In this document: positions 1 through 6,843 of the stretch, piece by piece | Position numbering within the stretch: the stretch's first letter is position 1 | Layout of the letters: each line of letters starts with the position of its first letter | From: a virus | DNA length: 21,881 nt | IMG/VR virus record: IMGVR_UViG_3300048929_000179 | Location: 1-21,881 of that record | Strand: one strand, 5' to 3' | Position numbers and translations under genes: made by a program | Notes under the pieces: generated by a model | What the model was told of the DNA's origin: nothing | What the model saw: only the letters and a program-made list of their open reading frames with translations | The model's database searches: none

Positions 1-417
1 TAAATTGCTATTTAGCGTACCAATTTCCTGTTCCATAGCATAAGCCAATGCGGCACTCGCCGCCTTTGACGTGCTGTTTTGCTGTTGACTCACCACGTCT
101 GTCTTTAACAATAATTTTGTAGCAACCCTGTCTGAAATTTCATCCAATAATGATTGCCCAGTAACAGTCGCTCCTATCGTCCCTAATAACCCACTCGTAT
201 CAGTTCCGTCAATCCCAGACAATGTGTCTGCTATATATCCATGAGCAAGAATTTGCCAATTTGTAGTATCCACTTTGGGGTTCACTGTACTATTCGTAAC
301 ATCTGTTTTTGCTATGTAAGACGAACCGCCAAAATATACAATATCTAAAAACCCATAATTATTGCCAGAAGTCCAATTGCCCACCGGAAACATTAAAATT
401 TTACCTGCTGTAGCCAT
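1..417 (-). CDS. Tail fibre/baseplate protein, N-terminal part (runs off window; absent from ORF track)
   Basis: Manual translation from ATG 417: MATAGKILMFPVGNWTSGNNYGFLDIVYFGGSSYIAKTDVTNSTVNPKVDTTNWQILA..., open to base 1. The W..G..Y...D.V...GSSY...P...W pattern is a CBM5/12-like module common in phage fibres. RBS AAGGAAGGTG. Confidence 0.75.
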   Translation of the reverse strand, partial: MATAGKILMFPVGNWTSGNNYGFLDIVYFGGSSYIAKTDVTNSTVNPKVDTTNWQILAHGYIADTLSGIDGTDTSGLLGTIGATVTGQSLLDEISDRVATKLLLKTDVVSQQQNSTSKAASAALAYAMEQEIGTLNSNL

Positions 418-436
418 TTATCTCATCACCTTCCTT

Positions 437-1303
437 TTAAATGTAATTGTAGTCTAAATTTCTTGTTACTCGATTTATGTTAAATTCTAATTGATCTGAA
501 TCTGGGTATTCCAGCTCCCTGCTCACAAGGTTAAGAGTAAGCACTGGAATTACTAACCCCGCATATGATGCCGCTTTGTCTGCTTCAATTTTGGCTTGCT
601 CGTAGTAAAATTTGCCATTATCTGTGTCTTCCCCTTGTCTGCTGTTTGTACCACCACGGGCATAACTTTCGGATAATTTTGCACTAGTAGCCGCCTCATT
701 TTCAACATCCGACATATATTCTTGGATTGATGTCATTAGGTTTTGTAGATCTGTGCTCATTTGATTAAATTCGGTCTCATATGTAGCCATTTGAGTATTA
801 ACACTTGCAATTAAGGCTTCAGCTTCTTCTTTTGTAGTGGTGATATCTGCAAGAATCTCAGGAATCGTTGAAGCTTCCGCAATGATATGAGAGAGTACAT
901 CAAAATCATCACTTTCAATCAGACCTAAATAATTAGTCAATGATTTCGTGATGTCCAAATTCTGAGGCATTGTACTTACCGTAATCATAGAGCCGGGTTC
1001 TTGAAGTATAAATTCATAAGTTACATTCCCGACTTTAGACAACATGTTATTCGTAAAAGTAAGAACGGGGCAACCTTCGACCCACGGATCGTCAAGCCAT
1101 TTATCTACATAAGGCTCGGCTTCACCTTCTGCCCACATACGAATGCGCACAAGAGTTTCGTCTGTCATATTTTGATACAATGAACCGTTGTCTGTAAAGA
1201 CCAGCTTATATTGTCGTGATAGATTATCGTACTGCTTGGAAAGCAAATACATATAATCCCTTGGCTTAGAAATATCAGCTTTCATTATTGGTAAAACACC
1301 CAT
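437..1303 (-). CDS. BppU-like upper baseplate protein
   Basis: N-terminal KQYDNLSRQYKLVFTDNG resembles BppU_N; a coiled coil and the SESYARGGT...EDTDNGKFYYEQAK tail-protein motif follow. RBS AAGGAGG. Confidence 0.7.
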   Translation of the reverse strand: MGVLPIMKADISKPRDYMYLLSKQYDNLSRQYKLVFTDNGSLYQNMTDETLVRIRMWAEGEAEPYVDKWLDDPWVEGCPVLTFTNNMLSKVGNVTYEFILQEPGSMITVSTMPQNLDITKSLTNYLGLIESDDFDVLSHIIAEASTIPEILADITTTKEEAEALIASVNTQMATYETEFNQMSTDLQNLMTSIQEYMSDVENEAATSAKLSESYARGGTNSRQGEDTDNGKFYYEQAKIEADKAASYAGLVIPVLTLNLVSRELEYPDSDQLEFNINRVTRNLDYNYI

Positions 1304-1334
1304 TTTATCGCCTCCTTCTTTAATTTTTTGTATT

Positions 1335-1364
1335 AAAATAAGCCGACAGGATTAACCCATCGGC
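1335..1364 (-). terminator. Intrinsic terminator
   Basis: Minus strand GCCGATGGG-TTAAT-CCTGTCGGC followed by TTATTTT. Confidence 0.6.
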
Positions 1365-1391
1365 GTTACCGTTTAAGCTATTTAATTGTTC

Positions 1392-1562
1392 TTATGACCA
1401 GTTGAGAAATTTAACAAACAGAACGTGAAAATCATGAAATCTTCCTTGTTCCAATAAAAGTTCACTCTTTACTTTGAATGCTTCATAGTATGCATTTATA
1501 TCTGATAGGTCTACATCTATGGAAACATCGCCGTCGTGATTTATACTTTCTTTTTGTTTCAT
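1392..1562 (-). CDS. Small hypothetical protein, 56 aa (below ORF-track cutoff)
   Basis: AAAGGAG RBS then MKQKESINHDGDVSIDVDLSDINAYYEAFKVKSELLLEQGRFHDFHVLFVKFLNWS*; fills the gap between neighbouring genes. Confidence 0.6.
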   Translation of the reverse strand: MKQKESINHDGDVSIDVDLSDINAYYEAFKVKSELLLEQGRFHDFHVLFVKFLNWS

Positions 1563-1581
1563 TATTTGCTCTCCTTTACGT

Positions 1582-1971
1582 CTATGGCAATAAAAAATCT
1601 ATTGCATCAATATCAATTCCTTTTTCGTCTGGGAATGAATCGCACGCTTCCTGAGATAGAGCATATGGCTCAATTTCACACTCCATCAATAATAATTCAT
1701 TCATTTCTTTTCCGAAATCATCAGCGCTTTTATTCTCTTTAAGGTTGAATTTTATTTTATCGTCGACCATTGTGATATATTTTCCACCTTCATCTTTATA
1801 ACAATACTCGTCATATAAATCGTTTCGTAATCCTACAAACAATTCATAGTCACTGGCGAGAGATTTGATGTTCTTGTTGCACCAATACTTGACCTTAAAT
1901 CCTACATCTAATGATTTAATATATATTAGTGTGTTTACTGCATCGAAAACCTGACTGTAAATTAATTCCAA
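1582..1971 (-). CDS. DUF1617-like phage protein
   Basis: KNIKSL....E.....R..L...Y..KDE.G pattern typical of this late-region family; TTG start after GGAGG. Confidence 0.55.
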   Translation of the reverse strand: MELIYSQVFDAVNTLIYIKSLDVGFKVKYWCNKNIKSLASDYELFVGLRNDLYDEYCYKDEGGKYITMVDDKIKFNLKENKSADDFGKEMNELLLMECEIEPYALSQEACDSFPDEKGIDIDAIDFLLP

Positions 1972-2010
1972 ATTTTTATTTCCTCCATAATTTCATTATA
2001 GTTAGTTGTT

Positions 2011-2053
2011 AAAAACGCAATTATAATAAGAAAAAGTTGCGTTTTTCGCAACT
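2011..2053. promoter_or_regulatory. Nested inverted repeats, probable protein-binding site, overlapping a weak minus-strand promoter
   Basis: AAAAACGCAA (2011-2020) / TTGCGTTTTT (2037-2046) and AGTTGCG-TTTTT-CGCAACT (2035-2053); minus strand reads TTGCGA-17-TATTAT. Confidence 0.45.
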
Positions 2054-2123
2054 CTGTAATTTTAAATAAGCCCTTATTTACTTGTGTTCTTGCTAATTTA
2101 TCCTGTTCTTTATATCTTTTATC

Positions 2124-2687
2124 TTATCTTTTATTTTCTAATAATTCACGCCATCCTGTTTCATCAAAATATCTACACACGTCTATATCTGGTGACTTGC
2201 CGTTAATATAAATATATGGATTTAGTATGTAGACTTTTGTCTTTTTGCCATCATTAATGTTTCCTGTCGTGAATTCACCAATAACTCCTTTTGCAACTAG
2301 AGAATTTACTATTCTTGTGATTCTAGTGTAATCAATTTCTAATTGCTCGGAAATGTCACGAAGTGTCATGGCTCTCATACTTTTTCCATGTCCAATTCTT
2401 AGAACGCAATCCTCATATGATACAAATTTACATATAGCTACGGTCACCATGAATTCTTTTGGTGGTAAATTCTTTGATAAAATAAAAGCCGTATCTGTAA
2501 ATAATTTCACAAATGACTCCCCTTTATTAAAATTTGCGACATGAGAATTAAGATATTCCCGTCTTTTTAACTCTGACGTACTCAAATTTGTATCTTCAAT
2601 AGAAGTGCAACCTGAAGTCTCACATATTATTTCACCCGTTTCTTTTACCGTGTGGATCACATCATATCCGTTTATTCTAGTTTTCAT
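2124..2687 (-). CDS. RepL-like winged-helix DNA-binding protein
   Basis: ETGEI N-terminus, FVKLF, HTH (TLRDISEQLEIDYTRITRIVNSLVAKGVI) and YILNPYIYING C-terminus are characteristic of Firmicute RepL-like proteins. Confidence 0.7.
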   Translation of the reverse strand: MKTRINGYDVIHTVKETGEIICETSGCTSIEDTNLSTSELKRREYLNSHVANFNKGESFVKLFTDTAFILSKNLPPKEFMVTVAICKFVSYEDCVLRIGHGKSMRAMTLRDISEQLEIDYTRITRIVNSLVAKGVIGEFTTGNINDGKKTKVYILNPYIYINGKSPDIDVCRYFDETGWRELLENKR

Positions 2688-2707
2688 TTAGTTGTCTCCT
2701 TATTTTT

Positions 2708-2899
2708 TTATATAAGGGCTTCAATTGCCTTCCTTAATCCATCTTTTGCTTCGAAAACAAAGACACATCTTGTAAAATCAGTTGTACCGTCTTCTTGTTT
2801 TTGTGGTTTTACATCAACAATCTTGAAGCCCATTCTTAATAATTTTCTGGCGATAGATGCTTTAATTACAATTTGGTTCTTTTCAGTCAAAATCACCAT
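2708..2899 (-). CDS. DUF5659-like small phage protein
   Basis: IARKLLRMGFKIVDVKP...VFVFE...L.KAIE pattern; the true start may be a few codons downstream. Confidence 0.6.
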   Translation of the reverse strand: MVILTEKNQIVIKASIARKLLRMGFKIVDVKPQKQEDGTTDFTRCVFVFEAKDGLRKAIEALI

Positions 2900-2926
2900 T
2901 CCCTTCTTGTTCTATTTTTGTGCAAC

Positions 2927-2954
2927 AAAAAAGAGCAGGAGATTAGTCCTGCTC
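2927..2954 (-). terminator. Intrinsic terminator of the antirepressor operon
   Basis: Minus strand GAGCAGGA-CTAATC-TCCTGCTC followed by TTTTTT. Confidence 0.75.
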
Positions 2955-2961
2955 AGAAAAA

Positions 2962-3162
2962 TTACATCTCTATATCCATTTCATACGCTTGGCAGATATT
3001 ATTACCATAATCATATTTACTTAAATCCCTATGTGCTTCGTTAGTTTGATCATGATTATAATTCTTCTCAAATAGAATCTGTGACTCAAACGGATCGAGT
3101 TTAACTACAATTGCTTTTATGTATTTATTTGAAGGAGAAGCATTAGATAATACTTTTACCAT
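2962..3162 (-). CDS. Hypothetical protein coupled to the antirepressor
   Basis: TAATG stop/start overlap with the upstream gene; GAGGTG RBS. Confidence 0.6.
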   Translation of the reverse strand: MVKVLSNASPSNKYIKAIVVKLDPFESQILFEKNYNHDQTNEAHRDLSKYDYGNNICQAYEMDIEM

Positions 3163-3989
3163 TATGCCGTCACCTCGCTAATTTTATTTTTGAAATCTGA
3201 ATCATATTTATAGTATTCATCAATATATTTAGTGAGATACCGGTATAAAAAATCTTGACCTTTGGCGGTTACTCTAGTTATTGCAATTTGATATTTTCTT
3301 CCACCTTTAACCACATATGTATAACTTTTTACTTCAAAATAATCTTGATTAGAATAGTAAGAAGCAGGAGAGTTATCTTGATTAAAAACATTCATGTCAC
3401 GAAGAAACTGCATCATCTTATTTCTCTTTGTTTTTAATTTCTTTGCGGCTTGGTTCAACGAAGACGTTCCATCATTGTCAATATATAAGTCAAACTGTTC
3501 TGCCTTTGGTTTCATTATTTCATTTTCTTTTGCAAGGTTGGCTGACAATAATAGTGCTTCAGACAAAGTGGTGGGAATCTTAAAATTATCTATATCCACT
3601 TCCTTTGGTTTAATAAAGGCTTGTGCGAGCACATCTTTTGCTTTTAGCTGATAATGCATAAGCTTTTTTACCAGTTCTGGTGATTCTTCTTGCATTTTAG
3701 GCGTTATAGAAATTTTTGCCAACCAAAGAGGTAGAAAGTCTAATTCCAAACACGAAATCTCTTGATATCCTCCATTTGTTGGGAGGATTAAATTTCGTCC
3801 CCCTTGAAGAAGAACCAAATCCTTCTTCATTTTAGATTTTTCGTTCTTTGTTTGACCCTCAGATAGACCTATTCCATCACACACCCATGTTATGCCCACA
3901 TAAATTTTACCCGTAGAGTTATCTTGTGCGCACATAATTGCATCGCCATAAAAATTAACTTCTCTCGTTACTAATTCATTTTTCATCAT
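3162..3989 (-). CDS. ant: Phage antirepressor (P22_AR_N-like N-domain plus ANT/KilAC C-domain)
   Basis: VNFYGD...KIYVGITWVCDGIGL...CLELDFLPLWLAKI N-domain; PTTLSEAL...KPKAEQFD...SLNQAAKKL...FLR...TRVTAKGQ C-domain. Confidence 0.88.
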   Translation of the reverse strand: MMKNELVTREVNFYGDAIMCAQDNSTGKIYVGITWVCDGIGLSEGQTKNEKSKMKKDLVLLQGGRNLILPTNGGYQEISCLELDFLPLWLAKISITPKMQEESPELVKKLMHYQLKAKDVLAQAFIKPKEVDIDNFKIPTTLSEALLLSANLAKENEIMKPKAEQFDLYIDNDGTSSLNQAAKKLKTKRNKMMQFLRDMNVFNQDNSPASYYSNQDYFEVKSYTYVVKGGRKYQIAITRVTAKGQDFLYRYLTKYIDEYYKYDSDFKNKISEVTA

Positions 3990-4014
3990 ACTATTCCTTT
4001 CATATTATATGTAT

Positions 4015-4043
4015 TTGACATCACAGAATAGAAAGGGTATAAT
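4015..4043 (+). promoter_or_regulatory. Consensus sigmaA promoter, antisense to the RHH-ant operon
   Basis: TTGACA (4015-4020), 17 bp spacer, TATAAT (4038-4043). Confidence 0.85.
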
Positions 4044-4049
4044 TTAAAC

Positions 4050-4117
4050 AGATATAGCTTGCCTATATTGTCGTTGACAGCCTTAACTACTTTGGACGGT
4101 GGTAGGCTGTCTTTTTT
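4050..4117 (+). ncRNA. Putative ~68-nt antisense sRNA (Sar-like)
   Basis: Follows a perfect promoter; hairpin ATATAG/CTATAT then terminator GACAGCCT...AGGCTGTC-TTTTTT; no credible ORF. Confidence 0.7.
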
Positions 4118-4301
4118 ATTCTTCAAGCTCTTTTAAATTTATTACGCCATCAGAATACGCTTGCATCAATATTTCAAGCACTTCATTCATATCTAGTTCG
4201 CTTCTAGTACACGCAATCTTGAATTCCTTCTTTACTTCTGGTAGAAGAGTGAAGTTATATCGTTTACGCTTACTAGATACATATGTTGGTTCATCTGTCA
4301 T
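4116..4301 (-). CDS. Ribbon-helix-helix (Arc/CopG/ParG-like) repressor, 61 aa
   Basis: RKRYNFTLLPEVKKEFKIAC...MNEVLEILMQAY fits beta-helix-helix. Start moved to ATG 4301 (GAAAGGTG RBS) because the track start lies inside the promoter. Confidence 0.8.
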   Translation of the reverse strand: MTDEPTYVSSKRKRYNFTLLPEVKKEFKIACTRSELDMNEVLEILMQAYSDGVINLKELEE

Positions 4302-4317
4302 ACAATCACACCTTTCA

Positions 4318-4360
4318 TACATCATATAGCTAATATACATCACATGATGTACGAAGTCAA
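4318..4360 (-). promoter_or_regulatory. Promoter of the RHH-ant operon with palindromic operator
   Basis: TTGACT (4360-4355)-17-TATATT (4337-4332); palindrome TACATCA-N2-TGATGTA at 4336-4351 plus a third half-site at 4318-4324. Confidence 0.75.
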
Positions 4361-4410
4361 TAGCGTAATGGAAAAATATTCAATTTATTATACACGTCTC
4401 TTCGTGCAGA

Positions 4411-4419
4411 TGCTATAAT
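4411..4419 (+). promoter_or_regulatory. Extended -10 promoter
   Basis: TG-C-TATAAT ~25 bp upstream of the ATG at 4445. Confidence 0.6.
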
Positions 4420-4444
4420 AAAATAAAATAACAAAAGCGGAGGC

Positions 4445-4747
4445 ATGAGTATGAAAAATCAGCCATTAGTAGATGAATTAATTGAATTAGGAATTTATGA
4501 TGTTGTCGATTATGACAACGAATACGAGCAAAATCAAGAGTTTATGACTACCACTGATTCAAATAACAAAATCAGGAAAGTCGAAGATAATAAAATATCA
4601 GACGAAGAAATTAAACTTCTTTTGTCTGCTAAACAAACCAGATATTTAAAAAGAATAGCCTCTATGGTCACAATTCTTGCAGTGGTGACAATATTAGGAG
4701 CGTGTTATTGGGCGTATATGTATTTCAAGATTAAATCGATGTTTTAA
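4445..4747 (+). CDS. Membrane-anchored hypothetical protein (moron)
   Basis: GGAGG RBS; acidic N-terminus; one C-terminal hydrophobic helix (IASMVTILAVVTILGACYWAYMYF); own promoter and terminator; opposite strand to the rest of the window. Confidence 0.8.
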   Translation: MSMKNQPLVDELIELGIYDVVDYDNEYEQNQEFMTTTDSNNKIRKVEDNKISDEEIKLLLSAKQTRYLKRIASMVTILAVVTILGACYWAYMYFKIKSMF

Positions 4748-4750
4748 TGC

Positions 4751-4785
4751 AAAAAGAGCCAGTCTACTTAACGTAGGTGGCTCTT
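4751..4785. terminator. Probably bidirectional intrinsic terminator
   Basis: Minus strand AAGAGCCA-CCTAC-GTTAA-GTAG-AC-TGGCTCTT-TTT, located between convergent transcripts. Confidence 0.75.
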
Positions 4786-4932
4786 GTGTTTCATTGCTAA
4801 GCGTCAATATATTGTAAAAGCACCCAATTTCTTGAGTGCTTTTACGGACCAGTGAACACAGACATAAACTGGTCGAGATAAGTTTATGCGGTTCAATAAA
4901 ATAATACGTCCATTGAAGCATCTTGCTTCGTT
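4751..4932 (-). ncRNA. Putative ~180-nt structured ncRNA downstream of the PemK-like gene
   Basis: Perfect promoter upstream. Hairpin GAAGCA/TGCTTC (4915-4929); nested stem GGAC/GTCC, TGAAC/GTTCA, CATAAACT/AGTTTATG (4846-4911); 14-bp stem with GAAA tetraloop (4814-4845); terminator. Confidence 0.72.
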
Positions 4933-4938
4933 GAATGT

Positions 4939-4967
4939 ATTATATCTTAAATATATGCCTTTGTCAA
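4939..4967 (-). promoter_or_regulatory. Consensus sigmaA promoter for the ncRNA
   Basis: TTGACA (4967-4962), 17 bp spacer, TATAAT (4944-4939); begins 5 bp after the PemK-like stop codon. Confidence 0.88.
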
Positions 4968-4972
4968 CACTT

Positions 4973-5752
4973 TTATTCACTTTCTTTGTTTTGCTGACAG
5001 CTTAATTGTAATTCTAATTCTTTAACCTTGCTTTTTAAATCTTTTATAATTGTATCTTTATCATTAAGTCTTTCTTTTAATTTTACATTGTTCTTAATTT
5101 CATTTGAGTAGTTGACGTTTATCGTAGGAAAGCAAACCGAGAATAATTGATTTTGTATTGAATGTAAAACTTCTGTATCCTCAATTTTAACATCCAATTC
5201 AGAAATCCTTCCAGCAGATAAAAATTTAGCATCATTAATCATTAGTACGCAATCTTTTGAAAACCCCTCTTTCTCATATGCCGTCCTATTCTTTTTTGAT
5301 TTATTAGGATTTTTTGTAGGATGATAGCAATCATAAACCCACCCGGCGCCAGAAGTTATTGGTATAAATAATATTTTTCCTTCTTTTTTACTAATGCACA
5401 ACCCGTAATGATAATATGCTAATTCACCATTATATGCTTTCCCATAATCTAAATAACAGACTTGACCAATATCTATTTTTACCTCTTTTTTATCCTTATT
5501 AAGATATTTGGTAAACGAGTATTTTTGAAGCCAAGTTGAGTCACTTTTAATTATTGAAGCAGACTCGTAGGCATTAAGTTGTTTTATTCCTTTAATATAA
5601 TTGCCTACAAATTGTATCGCACCTAATAAAATTTCAGGAGCAATTTTACTTCTCGTGCCTTTGTTTTTTGCACAATTTTTCGTGTAGCAAGAAATATCCT
5701 TTATATCACCCCAATGCATCGAGGTTGTATCAATTTTTTCATTAACACTCAT
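4973..5752 (-). CDS. PemK/MazF-fold endoribonuclease-like protein with N-terminal extension and C-terminal coiled coil
   Basis: GQVCYLDYGKAYNGELAYYHYGLCI...ILFIPITS and CVLMINDAKFLSAGRI match the PemK pattern G.I..vDfG...GsE....hpa.v...vP.TS / s......i..isk.Ri. Confidence 0.72.
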   Translation of the reverse strand: MSVNEKIDTTSMHWGDIKDISCYTKNCAKNKGTRSKIAPEILLGAIQFVGNYIKGIKQLNAYESASIIKSDSTWLQKYSFTKYLNKDKKEVKIDIGQVCYLDYGKAYNGELAYYHYGLCISKKEGKILFIPITSGAGWVYDCYHPTKNPNKSKKNRTAYEKEGFSKDCVLMINDAKFLSAGRISELDVKIEDTEVLHSIQNQLFSVCFPTINVNYSNEIKNNVKLKERLNDKDTIIKDLKSKVKELELQLSCQQNKESE

Positions 5753-5850
5753 ACTCCCATTCCCCTATCATAAGTAATCTCTATATAATTATATACCATA
5801 ATTTTCCATATTTCTACAGGAACGTAGGTTCTTATGATAGGAGAGTATGA
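5749..5850. repeat. Inverted repeat covering the RBS and ATG of the PemK-like gene
   Basis: TCATACTC-ccattcc-CCTATCATAAG (5749-5774) versus CTTATGATAGG-a-GAGTATGA (5831-5850): 11 + 8 complementary bases. Confidence 0.8.
5788..5831 (-). promoter_or_regulatory. Putative promoter of the PemK-like gene with adjacent LexA-type (SOS) box
   Basis: TAGAAA (5816-5811)-17-TATAAT (5793-5788); GAAC-GTAG-GTTC at 5820-5831 matches the Firmicute GAAC-N4-GTTC box. Confidence 0.55.
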
Positions 5851-5863
5851 CTAACAAAAACGT

Positions 5864-6001
5864 TTAAAAGATTTTACCAATTATTTGGCACAAGTAATCT
5901 ATTTCTTCTTTAATCTCTTTGCATTTCCTTTCCCTCTGAGTATCCTTTTCCATTTTATCCATTTTTTCATTAAGATCTATCATTTCTTGCTTAATTGACA
6001 T
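5864..6001 (-). CDS. Small charged helical protein, 45 aa (below ORF-track cutoff)
   Basis: AAAGGAG RBS then MSIKQEMIDLNEKMDKMEKDTQRERKCKEIKEEIDYLCQIIGKIF*. Confidence 0.6.
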   Translation of the reverse strand: MSIKQEMIDLNEKMDKMEKDTQRERKCKEIKEEIDYLCQIIGKIF

Positions 6002-6023
6002 ATTAACTCCTTTCAATTTACAA

Positions 6024-6053
6024 TAAAAGAGAGTAGAACTTAATCTACTCTCT
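6024..6053 (-). terminator. Intrinsic terminator
   Basis: Minus strand AGAGAGTAGA-TTAAGT-TCTACTCTCT-TTTATT directly after the 247-aa gene. Confidence 0.75.
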
Positions 6054-6059
6054 AAATAA

Positions 6060-6803
6060 TTATGGTCTTACGAAATTAGCAGAACAGCCAATTATTTGAA
6101 TATACTGTCCATCTCTAACCGTAACCTCTCTTGGTGTTTTAAAAACAAATATTCTCTGTTCCATATTGTGGCCTTGGGTAGATTCATCTTTACTTGACGG
6201 AATAGAATTAAAAACTCTGCACTCCGCTCTGGTGTTGTTGGGGTCTATTCGGGTTATAGTATAATCACCTGCTTTAATATCTTTGCCAACTAAAAATACC
6301 CCTTCTTTACTAATATCCAGTTGTTCTGCTTCCGTCACTGGGACATATACTCCTGGATTCACATCATCTCCTTTGTGGAGTTTAATGTAATTAAAATTAC
6401 TCATATCACTGTAAGAACCTTTAATGATTATATCGTTAGCGAGAACCTCTGGGTAGAATACATATTCTCCAGCGGGAATATTACCGCTGTCAACCCATTT
6501 TCCAGACGTGTCAAACGTATATTTTTTATTTGATGTTGATACGGTTGTATCGTTTGATTGCACCCATTCGCCAGATTCGTTTACAAGATATCCATCGGGA
6601 GTAGTTGTATTGCTTAACATATATCCTCCTTCATTAAAATAGTACCACTTGCCGTTTACTTCTTTCCATGATTTTTTTACGTATGAACCATTATCATTCT
6701 GATACCACCATCCAACATCATCCTGTTTCCATTCACTCGCAAAAGAGGTTATGCAAAGTGCTGTTGAAAATGCTAACACCAAGGCTAATATTTTTTTCAT
6801 CAT
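6060..6803 (-). CDS. Secreted cell-wall-binding-repeat protein (moron)
   Basis: Signal peptide MKKILALVLAFSTALCITSFA; WKQDDVGWWYQNDNGSY / WKEVNGKWYYFNEGGYM / TTPDGYLVNESGEW repeats; C-terminal domain with G.DI.AG.Y motifs. Confidence 0.88.
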   Translation of the reverse strand: MMKKILALVLAFSTALCITSFASEWKQDDVGWWYQNDNGSYVKKSWKEVNGKWYYFNEGGYMLSNTTTPDGYLVNESGEWVQSNDTTVSTSNKKYTFDTSGKWVDSGNIPAGEYVFYPEVLANDIIIKGSYSDMSNFNYIKLHKGDDVNPGVYVPVTEAEQLDISKEGVFLVGKDIKAGDYTITRIDPNNTRAECRVFNSIPSSKDESTQGHNMEQRIFVFKTPREVTVRDGQYIQIIGCSANFVRP

Positions 6804-6843
6804 CTCACTCCTTTTATAAAATAGTATTATAGTTTATGAATTT

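Noticed and set aside
4814-4845. ncRNA stem AAGCACTCA/TGGGTGCT resembles the terminator at 21650-21680
   Set aside because: Only 8-9 nt arms with different loops; likely coincidence.
4694-4921. 75-aa minus-strand ORF downstream of the strong promoter
   Set aside because: No RBS; the ATG is in a hairpin ~11 nt from the predicted +1; the frame runs through the terminator into the opposite-strand gene. A ncRNA fits better, although translation is not formally excluded.
5753-6059. Classical type III TA tandem-repeat antitoxin upstream of the toxin
   Set aside because: No tandem ~35-55 nt repeats seen; the region holds an inverted repeat and a small ORF.
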